Shown: positions 53,033 to 61,474 of the stretch, one piece after another
Numbering within the stretch: position 1 is the stretch's first letter
How the letters are laid out: the number at the start of each line of letters is the position of its first letter
Source of the DNA: Candidatus Krumholzibacteriia bacterium
GTDB taxonomy: Bacteria > Krumholzibacteriota > Krumholzibacteriia > Krumholzibacteriales > Krumholzibacteriaceae
Direction: 5' to 3'
DNA: 64,000 nt
Assembly: GCA_963836185.1 (NCBI GenBank)
Contig: CAWIIQ010000003.1
Span: 320,001-384,000, forward strand
Program-made: the position numbers and the translations under genes
Notes under the pieces: model-generated
What the model was told of the DNA's origin: nothing
Seen by the model: only the letters and a program-made list of their open reading frames with translations
Database searches by the model: none

Positions 53033-53719
53033 TCAGCGCTTGTTCCTGTGCCCGGTCATGATGCTCGCCGCGCTGTCGATAAACTCGCTCTTCGAGATAA
53101 GGAAGACCATGTCATCCTCCTCGAGGATCGTATTGCCCCTGGTGATCAAGAAGTCGTTAACCTCATCCCTGTAGATGCCCATGAGGACGCATTCATCCGG
53201 GAAATCCTTCATCTTTGTTATGTCGGCCACCGACCTTTTTATCACTGGGGATCCTTCCGGAACCTGGACGGCGTATATCTGCGCCTTCCCACCGCGAAGC
53301 GTGGTGATCTTCCTGACCTCGGGATTCTCGAGTTCCATCAGCATCTGGTTTATCACCAGGTCGATCGTCCTTATGAGGATGTTTACGCCGGCTAGCCGGT
53401 AGGCCTCCTCGTAGCTCTGCGTGATAAGCCTCGCTATGATCTTCGGTATTCCGAGGCTCTTCGAAAGAAGGGCGCAGGAGATGTTGTCCGCCTCCCGAGG
53501 GATAAGGCAGATAATCGCGTCGGCCTTATCGGCGCCTGCTTTCTTCAGCGTCTTGAGGGTCGTGGCGTTCCCGCATATCGTCATGGCGCCCGTCTCTGAA
53601 TAGAGCATCTCGCAGGTGGACGGGTCCACATCTATGACGACGACATCGTGTTTCTTGTTCACGAGGATCTTGGTAAGCTGGGTGCTGATCCTTCCAGCGC
53701 CGGCGATAATAATGTACAT
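53033..53719 (-). CDS. trkA: Trk potassium uptake regulatory subunit (RCK N and C domains)
   Basis: MYIIIAGAGRI, VVVID.D, GNAT...L..AG...ADA; adjacent to trkH. Confidence 0.88.
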   Translation of the reverse strand: MYIIIAGAGRISTQLTKILVNKKHDVVVIDVDPSTCEMLYSETGAMTICGNATTLKTLKKAGADKADAIICLIPREADNISCALLSKSLGIPKIIARLITQSYEEAYRLAGVNILIRTIDLVINQMLMELENPEVRKITTLRGGKAQIYAVQVPEGSPVIKRSVADITKMKDFPDECVLMGIYRDEVNDFLITRGNTILEEDDMVFLISKSEFIDSAASIMTGHRNKR

Positions 53720-53736
53720 CTCTGGCTCTCCTTCCG

Positions 53737-55260
53737 TCAGTGCTGCCACGCGCGTCGGCTCAGCAGGAGCAGCGCGGGCAGGATCTCGAGTCTGCCGGCA
53801 AGCATGCCGAATATCCAGACGATCTTTATGACCGGGGACAGTCGTGGAAGCTCCGCGGTCGGGATGAAACATGGGCCTACGTTGTTGACGGCGCTGAACA
53901 TTCCGGAGACCGATTCGAGCCCTCCATAGCTTGAGAGAAGCGCAGTCACGATTCCTCCGGCGGCTAGCAGGGCTGCCCACACGAAGAACAGTCCCGTTAT
54001 CCTCTGTATCTCCTCACGCCTCACAGGTTCGCCGTCTACTACGATAGTTGATACCGATCCAAGCGGAGTCCTGAGCAGGAACAGCTCCCTTTTTATCACT
54101 CTCATGAGGATTGAGATCCTGAGGACTTTGAATCCTCCTCCGGTTGACCCGACACAGCCGCCGATGAACATCAGGACAAGGAATATTAGCCGGGATGAGG
54201 GCCCGAACCAGCCTGAGGCTATATCTCTGGTCGCGAAACCGGTAGTTGTCATGATTGAGACGACTTGAAAAGTCGTGTCGCGGAAGTTTTCCTCGAGCGT
54301 CTTCCAGAAGGCTGCGGAAGTGACCGGCATGACTGGGATCTGCCCGCTGCTGAAGTACCTCCATACCAGTATCAGGGCTATCGCTGAGCCTGATATACAC
54401 CAGAAATACCGCATCTCGACCCCGTTGAAGAGAGCTCGCACGTTTCCCATGAGTATGCGGTAATGGACGAGGAAGTTGATCCCGCCGAGAAGCATCCCGG
54501 CGATCAGCACGTACTCGATCGCCGCGTACCGGCCGTACCCCGTCAGTCTGTAATACTCTATGCTCGAGTCGTGTGGCGAATATCCACCCGTTGAAAGTGT
54601 AGTGAAGCTGTGACAGAGAGAATCGAAGGCCGGCATCCCCGACAGGACCAGCCCGGCGAATACCGCCAGCGTGAGGCCGAGATATATCAGCCAGAGTATC
54701 CTTATAGTGTTGAACAGGCCCGGCACCGGCCGGCCCATGTCTATCTTGTGGCTCTCGGCGCCGAAAAGGGTGTGAGCACCCAGTCCTTTGAGGCCGATTG
54801 CCAGGACGAATGCGAGGATGCCGATGCCCCCCAGCCATTGCGTGAAGCTCCTCCAGAAGAGTATGCTTGCCGGCATCGTGTCGAGCCCCGAGAGCATGGT
54901 GATGCCGGTCGTCGTGAATCCGCTCATCGTCTCGAAATACGCATCGATATAGCCTGTCCCGAGACCGATGACGAAAGGCAGGGCACCAATAGCTGAACAA
55001 CCCGTCCAGGCGATGCCGCATATGAGCATCGACCTGACCGTGTTGTTATTTCCCTCGCGGAATATCCTTTTCAGGGCGACGCCGAGGATTAAGGAGAGAG
55101 CTGAGGGAATGGCGAAGGCAAGAGTGGTCGTATATCCGTCACGGAACTCTCTGAACACAGCGACGCAGACGAGCGGGAGAAGTATGACCGCACCGAAGAA
55201 GATGAAGATACTGCCCGTGTAATTCAGGACGGTATGGACTGTATCAAACCTGTTCCTCAC
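53737..55260 (-). CDS. trkH: Trk potassium uptake membrane subunit
   Basis: FETMSGFTTTG, QWLGGIG, STGGYS, TTTGF, GGCVGSTGGGFK, NNVGP and GRLEI. Confidence 0.95.
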   Translation of the reverse strand: MRNRFDTVHTVLNYTGSIFIFFGAVILLPLVCVAVFREFRDGYTTTLAFAIPSALSLILGVALKRIFREGNNNTVRSMLICGIAWTGCSAIGALPFVIGLGTGYIDAYFETMSGFTTTGITMLSGLDTMPASILFWRSFTQWLGGIGILAFVLAIGLKGLGAHTLFGAESHKIDMGRPVPGLFNTIRILWLIYLGLTLAVFAGLVLSGMPAFDSLCHSFTTLSTGGYSPHDSSIEYYRLTGYGRYAAIEYVLIAGMLLGGINFLVHYRILMGNVRALFNGVEMRYFWCISGSAIALILVWRYFSSGQIPVMPVTSAAFWKTLEENFRDTTFQVVSIMTTTGFATRDIASGWFGPSSRLIFLVLMFIGGCVGSTGGGFKVLRISILMRVIKRELFLLRTPLGSVSTIVVDGEPVRREEIQRITGLFFVWAALLAAGGIVTALLSSYGGLESVSGMFSAVNNVGPCFIPTAELPRLSPVIKIVWIFGMLAGRLEILPALLLLSRRAWQH

Positions 55261-55359
55261 GGGGCGTTCCTTCCAACCTGGTCAAGCATGCATAGAGCTA
55301 TCCGATATTGCAGCGTGAGTGCAAGCAAAATCTCATGGCGGGAGGGTTCGGGGGCGGTA

Positions 55360-57654
55360 TCATTCGCGGACGATATCATCCTGCATGAGGGGCACCTGCC
55401 AGGTCTTGAAGATCGCCGTAGACAGCGAGTCGACCTGTTCCCGATCGAAGAACCAGAGGGGGAAGCCGAAATGTACACTCGGAGCTGCGACACACCCCGG
55501 CGGAATCGCCTCGACCTCGGCGTACTTGGTATACCAGAATGCCACGGTCGACTGGTAGACCAGCGACCACGAGCTCATAGTCGTGGCACGGTACATGGGG
55601 TGGTAGCAGTCCTGTGAGGTTTTTCCGACGTAGCTCATGTAGTACTCGGGATCGTAATACTCGACATAGTGAAAGCCGCGTACAAAGGGATCGAAGAACA
55701 TGCCCGGATTTGTCGGCTTGTCCCAGAGCTCGAGCTTTTTCGGGAGCCATTCCATGCCGGCTATCAGGGGATCGGAGTCGTCGAGGTAGGCGTAGCGCAT
55801 CGCGTCGTAATCTAACCTTCTGACCCCGAGATATTGCTTGGGGAATATGCCTTCGGCCTTGTCGAGGGCCGATACGCAGAAATCCCTGTATGCCATTGTG
55901 TTTTCACCCGTTATGTTGCTGCAGTTGATGCTTGGCCCCCAGAACTCGCAGCGTATGTATAACGGGAATGCCTTGTCGTAGATGCAGGCGGCAAGAGCGC
56001 CGCTCCTGTGCCCCTCGCCGACGGTCCACAGGTGACCGCCGAAAGCGAGGTAGTAGGTGAGGAAGTTCAGGTTCAATACATCCGCCGTGCCTGATGGCGT
56101 ATAGTAGACGACACGGTTCCAGACACTTCCAGCTGCAGGATCGATCGCCCTCGAGAAGGACCAGATTATATTTTTGTACCTGAAGACCAGAGCCATCGGG
56201 GGCACGTAGTAGTCGTTGTCATGGACATCATATACATCTCTGACTGGATCGAAGTCCTTGACCTTGAGGCAGATATTTTCCCAGAACTCATCGTGCTCTG
56301 ACTCGGTCGGAAAGGCGTAGTTCGTCTGGGTGAAGTCGAGCGAAGGGAAGTCATCGACCCATAGCAGGTCCCTCGTCATCACGATAGGTATCACAGTTAT
56401 CTCGATCGTGCCGAGTGTCCTCGTGCCGAGGTTGTCCGCAGATTCGACGTAGAGCGTGTGGATGCCTGAATAGAATGTCTTTTTGCCAGCCGAAGTCGTA
56501 TAGGGACTGGGGAATACGTCCCAATCGGCCGGATCGCTGAGATTGGCTATATCCCATCCATATCTGAACGACTTGACGATTCCTCCATAGCTGCTCGCAT
56601 CGCCGGTCCAGGTCCAGTTCATCTCGAACCCTGGAGGTACCTGGACCTGCTCGGTACGGTAGTCGACGCCGAGATAAGAGAATGTACCGAGGTAAGGCTC
56701 GTTGATGCGAAGAAGCGGTCCTGTCGGCTGCATCGCCATGAAATGTCTTACGTTTGAGCTCTTCTCGAAGATCGACGATATCGCGCCAGCGTCGTCCTTC
56801 GCCTGAACTGCAAATATATACGATGTGTTCGTCTCGAGGAATTCGTCGTCTCCCAGTGTCGTCTGCTTGCCGGAGTCGCCGGGGGCGTTGTACGAGATCC
56901 AGTCGCTCCACATATACTCAAAATCTTCAGGCGAGTTGTTGAGCGCGGTGATGATGCCGTTATAGTAGAAGGTGTAGAGATACCTTATGGAATCGACCTC
57001 CTGGTAGTTCCACGGTGCGTCGATCGGGTCCTTGCCGTACCACTTGAAGGTCGATATCACGCTCAACATCTGCACCCCAACATCGAGATTGGTCGCGTAA
57101 GGATAGTTGATGAAGATCTGGGGAGCGAGTGTGAAGGCTGTGAACGACCTGTACGCGGTCTCCGAGACGGAGCCCCTGTCGTCGATTGCTTTGATGAAGA
57201 AGGTATGCATCTTCATGAACTTGCCGTAGAGGCTCTGGTTGATCTCGACATTCATGTCATAGTCGTCCGCCGAGACCGAGAAAACGCTGTCCGTCAACTC
57301 CGTGGTGATCCACGCTCCGACCGTGTCCTCCGGATCGAAGCCGATAGGGTCTCCCTCTACCATGCAGAATTCGTAGTGGTCGATCGTTCCGTCCTGGTCC
57401 TCGCCGAGCCAGAAGAAGTGGACGCTGTACTGGGTCGTATCACCCTCGAGAGGGCCGTTCGTGAGCTCGATCGTGGGGCGCTGGTTATCCTTGATCTCGC
57501 CCGTGTATACGTCAGACCCCGAGCAGCCTGCAAGCATGGCCGCCGCTGCTGCGAGGAGGGCGACGAGGCACAGATATCCCACGGCTATGAGGCGAGCGGG
57601 CCGCTCCCCGTGGTCCTTGTTCCTGGCGATATGTGCTTTCTGCTCATGTTTCAT
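55360..57654 (-). CDS. Large lipoprotein: three Ig-like repeats and a C-terminal alpha/beta (GATase-like) domain, function unknown
   Basis: Lipobox LAGC; repeats F.W.G.D..G.(I/V)..(Y/F).(Y/F)...(H/Y).F.(V/I).A.D; C-terminal LLWVDD...YKNIIWS...YLAFGGHLW. Confidence 0.75.
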   Translation of the reverse strand: MKHEQKAHIARNKDHGERPARLIAVGYLCLVALLAAAAAMLAGCSGSDVYTGEIKDNQRPTIELTNGPLEGDTTQYSVHFFWLGEDQDGTIDHYEFCMVEGDPIGFDPEDTVGAWITTELTDSVFSVSADDYDMNVEINQSLYGKFMKMHTFFIKAIDDRGSVSETAYRSFTAFTLAPQIFINYPYATNLDVGVQMLSVISTFKWYGKDPIDAPWNYQEVDSIRYLYTFYYNGIITALNNSPEDFEYMWSDWISYNAPGDSGKQTTLGDDEFLETNTSYIFAVQAKDDAGAISSIFEKSSNVRHFMAMQPTGPLLRINEPYLGTFSYLGVDYRTEQVQVPPGFEMNWTWTGDASSYGGIVKSFRYGWDIANLSDPADWDVFPSPYTTSAGKKTFYSGIHTLYVESADNLGTRTLGTIEITVIPIVMTRDLLWVDDFPSLDFTQTNYAFPTESEHDEFWENICLKVKDFDPVRDVYDVHDNDYYVPPMALVFRYKNIIWSFSRAIDPAAGSVWNRVVYYTPSGTADVLNLNFLTYYLAFGGHLWTVGEGHRSGALAACIYDKAFPLYIRCEFWGPSINCSNITGENTMAYRDFCVSALDKAEGIFPKQYLGVRRLDYDAMRYAYLDDSDPLIAGMEWLPKKLELWDKPTNPGMFFDPFVRGFHYVEYYDPEYYMSYVGKTSQDCYHPMYRATTMSSWSLVYQSTVAFWYTKYAEVEAIPPGCVAAPSVHFGFPLWFFDREQVDSLSTAIFKTWQVPLMQDDIVRE

Positions 57655-57664
57655 GTCAGATCCA

Positions 57665-60178
57665 TCATCTTATTATAACAAATTTTCCGATCGTCTTGGG
57701 AAATTCGCTGTTGTCAGGGTCCACCGCGAATATGTACACGCCGCTCGTCACGTTCTGACCGTTCCTCGATACGAGGTTCCACTCCGCAGTGCCGTCTCCG
57801 CTGCTGCCGTCGTGGTAGATGGTCTGGACGAGATCCGTGGCCACTGTATATATGCGGATAGTTGTGCGGCATTTCGGCAGGTTTCTGAACTCGCACTTCA
57901 GCCCCGTGACGTCCGCATTGTTCGGGTTGAGGCGCCAGGGCTCCATGGCATCGTCTGTTACCGGGTTGGGCACGACGTAGACTTCCTTGTCGACATAGCT
58001 CTCGCTGCTCTGTGCCTCAGATCTCGCGGTCGTGAACAGAAAATTCGATGACGGCGAATTGAAACGGCCAGGTTCATACGGGATGTCGTGAAGAAAGGTG
58101 TGGTCATATGAGGTGACAGAGTAGAAGTACGGCAATCCGTTCTTCGCTTCCTCGTCGACATACCTGTAGTACTGCCTGCCCCCCTGGTATCCGAGTTTCC
58201 ATCGTGCCATGCTCTCTAGAGTATCGCAGACCTCAGGTGTCAGTCCGGGAGGACACGGAATGGTGCCGAGCGGATAGTTCTCCACCAGGAGCTCGAAGCT
58301 GGCGATGTACCCTTCCCTGTCCTCGAGATCCTTGAGAGGCGAATAGATCCAGCCGCCTTCCGATTCGGGATACTCGAAGCCCCTGTCGGGGGCTACGCCG
58401 TTCAGGAGGTCCCCGGTATTCAGCAGGCTCCACAGCTCATGTTTCGGCCCCGTCATCTCTGTCGTTCCGGGAGGCCTGTGCCAGTCGTCGGCACGCCAGA
58501 TCTGATACCCCTCGAAGTCGACCACCAGTGAGATAGGGTCGGCGAGCAATTCGCTGAGATTATCCCAGTAGACTTCGACTGCCCCGCTTCTGGAGACGAG
58601 TCTCATGTTGGGGGTCGCCGGTGCCGTTCCTGTCACCCAGTGGAGCTGATGCTCCTTCCCGTTCACCCCGGTGGCGAATGTCATGCGGTCGGTGTCTGTC
58701 CTCCTGTAGCATGTCGTCGGCCAGGAATATCTTCTCATCTCGAGCCAGCAGTCGTTGTTAGACCAGATAGAGTCGCCTCTCTCTATTTTGAGCTTCTCCA
58801 CGATGCCGTCGCATGGATCGGGATCGAAATCCTTCAGTTCGCCGTATCGGATAGACTCTCTCCCATTAATACCGGTCTCGGGCTTTCCGTCGAGATCGTA
58901 CCAGGTCCCTTCCCATGACCGCTGTGCGGCGGCGGCATGGTCGAGCATATCATTGAGATTATCCCCGGCGACGAACGCGAAATCTATGAAAAAAGACCCG
59001 TCCGGCGAGAGATAGTAGAACGGGCCGCAGCTGAGCAGGATCCTGTAATCCGCCGCAGTCTCGGTGTCGGGGTCTGTCTGCCTCGTGGAAAGTACCTCGA
59101 ACCGTTCGTAATCATTGGTAGCGTCTCCTCCATGGATGAAGGGGGAGAGCCCCTTGAAGGTCCGGAAGGCGTTGAATAGTGTTGAGGGGAAATATGGAAG
59201 CCCGTTCCTGAAATTGGGATCTGTCGAGTGTCCGAGGAGCGCGATCCCGAAATATGAAGGCGTCCGTCCATCGTCGCCGTCGTTGTCATAGACATACGCC
59301 ACGTGTATCATGATAGGTATCTCCGAGGAGCCGATGTTCGCGCACCAGTCGCCCCTGAAAAACCCTACCTGGTCATCCATGTGGTAGCTTCCATATTCGC
59401 GAGGGCCCGCGTCCACGTCGGCGTAGATCCCGACGTAGAGGTTCGTCAGGAAGTTATTGCCGACATTTTCTATCGTGTACCTTAATCCGACATAATCCTG
59501 ATATTGGTCTTCGCCCCATTGAAACGATTCCTGGCGGACCCTGAGGCCGAGCGGCTCGTGGTTGGGCCATACGGTCTGGCTCATCGGCAGGTCGTCGAAG
59601 AACTGGCAGGTGAACATCTGCTTGCCGGTAGCGGCGAAGTCCTCGTCGATCCTTCCGTCTCCGTCATCATCGTAGCCGTTGAGAAAATCTTCATCGATAC
59701 GCCCGTCATCATCATCGTCAGCGTGTGCGGGCAGCTTACTGCCCCTCGGGTCTCCCTCGTACGATCTGTACAGGCCGTCTCTCGGATCTGAGTCGGGATA
59801 GAACTCCGTTTCGGGATATCCGGTCGTCACAAACGGGATGCCGTTCTTCTCCGCGCCGATCCAGAGGCCTGCCGCGTAGAGATACTCGATGCCCGAGCCG
59901 GAGGGGTACTGCGCCGAAGGGACATCGGCCATGGCGTAACGGCTCTTCGGCAGAGAGCCGACGAAGCCCCAGTTCGTTATGTTCATCTGGAGGCTGCCTA
60001 CATTGTGGACGAAAGAGCCGTCGAGCACAGGCGCCATTTCGAGAGGAGTCGTCTTTCCGAAAAGATCAGGATCCCTGAGGTCGGGATCTTCTGAAAGGAG
60101 GGTCGAAGAGACAGTCAGCAGCAGCGCGCACAGAAAAGCGCACCCGTACATATTAGACCATTTACGGCCCGAAAACAT
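57665..60178 (-). CDS. Secreted protein with DxDxDG Ca-binding-like repeats and a variant (VYVVPNP) CTD, function unknown
   Basis: Signal-like N-terminus; HNVG...ITNWG, YP.GSG.EYLY..GLWIGA, DDDDDGRIDED twice, DFEGYQIWR, YFYSVTSYD; YVVPNP...F.NLP...IRIYT...WNL..RNGQ.V.SGVYIF...GKFVIIR. Confidence 0.8.
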   Translation of the reverse strand: MFSGRKWSNMYGCAFLCALLLTVSSTLLSEDPDLRDPDLFGKTTPLEMAPVLDGSFVHNVGSLQMNITNWGFVGSLPKSRYAMADVPSAQYPSGSGIEYLYAAGLWIGAEKNGIPFVTTGYPETEFYPDSDPRDGLYRSYEGDPRGSKLPAHADDDDDGRIDEDFLNGYDDDGDGRIDEDFAATGKQMFTCQFFDDLPMSQTVWPNHEPLGLRVRQESFQWGEDQYQDYVGLRYTIENVGNNFLTNLYVGIYADVDAGPREYGSYHMDDQVGFFRGDWCANIGSSEIPIMIHVAYVYDNDGDDGRTPSYFGIALLGHSTDPNFRNGLPYFPSTLFNAFRTFKGLSPFIHGGDATNDYERFEVLSTRQTDPDTETAADYRILLSCGPFYYLSPDGSFFIDFAFVAGDNLNDMLDHAAAAQRSWEGTWYDLDGKPETGINGRESIRYGELKDFDPDPCDGIVEKLKIERGDSIWSNNDCWLEMRRYSWPTTCYRRTDTDRMTFATGVNGKEHQLHWVTGTAPATPNMRLVSRSGAVEVYWDNLSELLADPISLVVDFEGYQIWRADDWHRPPGTTEMTGPKHELWSLLNTGDLLNGVAPDRGFEYPESEGGWIYSPLKDLEDREGYIASFELLVENYPLGTIPCPPGLTPEVCDTLESMARWKLGYQGGRQYYRYVDEEAKNGLPYFYSVTSYDHTFLHDIPYEPGRFNSPSSNFLFTTARSEAQSSESYVDKEVYVVPNPVTDDAMEPWRLNPNNADVTGLKCEFRNLPKCRTTIRIYTVATDLVQTIYHDGSSGDGTAEWNLVSRNGQNVTSGVYIFAVDPDNSEFPKTIGKFVIIR

Positions 60179-60458
60179 AAATACCCCGTGGTCCGCGGAA
60201 ACCTGGCAGCAGGAACTGCCGGACGGGTCACCCCCGCCATATCCTTCTATACACAAATCTAACCCTTTTTGTTTCGCCGGACAGCTATTTTTTCTTTATA
60301 AATACAGAGGTTAGGTGGGTTTTGTGGTGGTTTTCCACTATTTGTACTCGACTCGGCCCTTGCCCCTGGAGGATAATTTCTTCCGTGAGGGAACAATACC
60401 GTTTCTCCGGCGTATTGAGATATTGCGGGGCGGCTGCTCGCCGGAAGGAATACTGACC

Positions 60459-61130
60459 ATGGCGGATCCCGGTCATACGGAGGTACTGAGCGACGGTGTC
60501 GCCGCGTGGAACGCGTGGCGCAAGGTCAGCGGCGACGTTCGTCCGGACCTCTCCGGATCCAACATAAAGATACTTGAGCTTTCCGGAATCGATCTCTCGG
60601 GGGCCGACCTGCGAGGAGTCATGCTTGCTGGAGCGGACCTCTCTGAAGCTGTCCTCAGCGGCGCCGATCTTTCAGGAGCAGACCTGATGGAAGTCGACCT
60701 CAGCGGTGCCGACCTCTCTGGTGCCGATCTCACCGGCGCCAATCTCATGGGCGCCGATCTCTCGGGCGCCGATCTCACCGGTGCGGGCCTCGACGGCGCT
60801 ATACTCTACCGAGCCGACCTCGAAGGATCCGAATGCGTCAGTCATCACCTCTGGCTCAACCAGCTTATCGTCTTTGCCGACGGTCTCGGATGTGTCGACG
60901 AGAAGGGCGAGGCATTCGTCTTCGATGATATGGAGGATTCGACGGTCGAGAGCAGCTTCATGTCGACGAAGATGTCCCGGCTGGAGGTCGAGCTTTCCGA
61001 TCCCATCCCCGCGCGAGCGATATACGAGATACTGGGAGCGCTCAACAGGCTGTTCGGCATGGTCGCGGATCACGATCTGCCCGGCCCGATAATCAGGATC
61101 GGCCCGTCCGGAGAGGGTGAGGAGGGATGA
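60459..61130 (+). CDS. Pentapeptide-repeat protein with WNAWR N-cap and an unrecognised acidic C-terminal domain
   Basis: AAGGA RBS then ATG at 60459; MADPGHTEVLSDGVAAWNAWR, then ~16 A(D/N)LxG pentapeptides (15-bp periodic DNA, GGCGCCGATCTC). Confidence 0.85.
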   Translation: MADPGHTEVLSDGVAAWNAWRKVSGDVRPDLSGSNIKILELSGIDLSGADLRGVMLAGADLSEAVLSGADLSGADLMEVDLSGADLSGADLTGANLMGADLSGADLTGAGLDGAILYRADLEGSECVSHHLWLNQLIVFADGLGCVDEKGEAFVFDDMEDSTVESSFMSTKMSRLEVELSDPIPARAIYEILGALNRLFGMVADHDLPGPIIRIGPSGEGEEG

Positions 61131-61468
61131 ACAGGATATCGTTCAAGGGGTCTTCAGGCGTCATCGTAGATTTCGCGGAGAGGTTCCTCGAGATACATCC
61201 TGTCAGGATCGAGCCCTCCGCAGATGTTCGCGAGAGGTACGGGAGAGACCTTGAGAACCTCGCGAAGGCCGAGCGTGTAGAACTGAGGCACCTCGAGAAT
61301 GTCTTGGACTTTCTCTTCGAGCACGGCGTCGCGGATGATGAGCTCGAAGAACTCACATCGGGCCGCACGCGCGAACTCGCCGACCTGGCGAGGGACGCCG
61401 CCATCCTCGAACGCTACCTCGCTGACTGCACGATCATGGACGTCATGATCGTTGATGACAACGCCTGA
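61127..61468 (+). CDS. Hypothetical acidic protein, translationally coupled to the pentapeptide gene
   Basis: ATGA overlap with the upstream stop, GGAGG RBS, host-like codon usage. Confidence 0.7.
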   Translation: MNRISFKGSSGVIVDFAERFLEIHPVRIEPSADVRERYGRDLENLAKAERVELRHLENVLDFLFEHGVADDELEELTSGRTRELADLARDAAILERYLADCTIMDVMIVDDNA

Positions 61469-61474
61469 GCCGGC

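Noticed and set aside
60590-60820. 15-bp periodic DNA repeats as a CRISPR or VNTR
   Set aside because: They simply encode A(D/N)LxG pentapeptides; there are no spacers and no cas genes.
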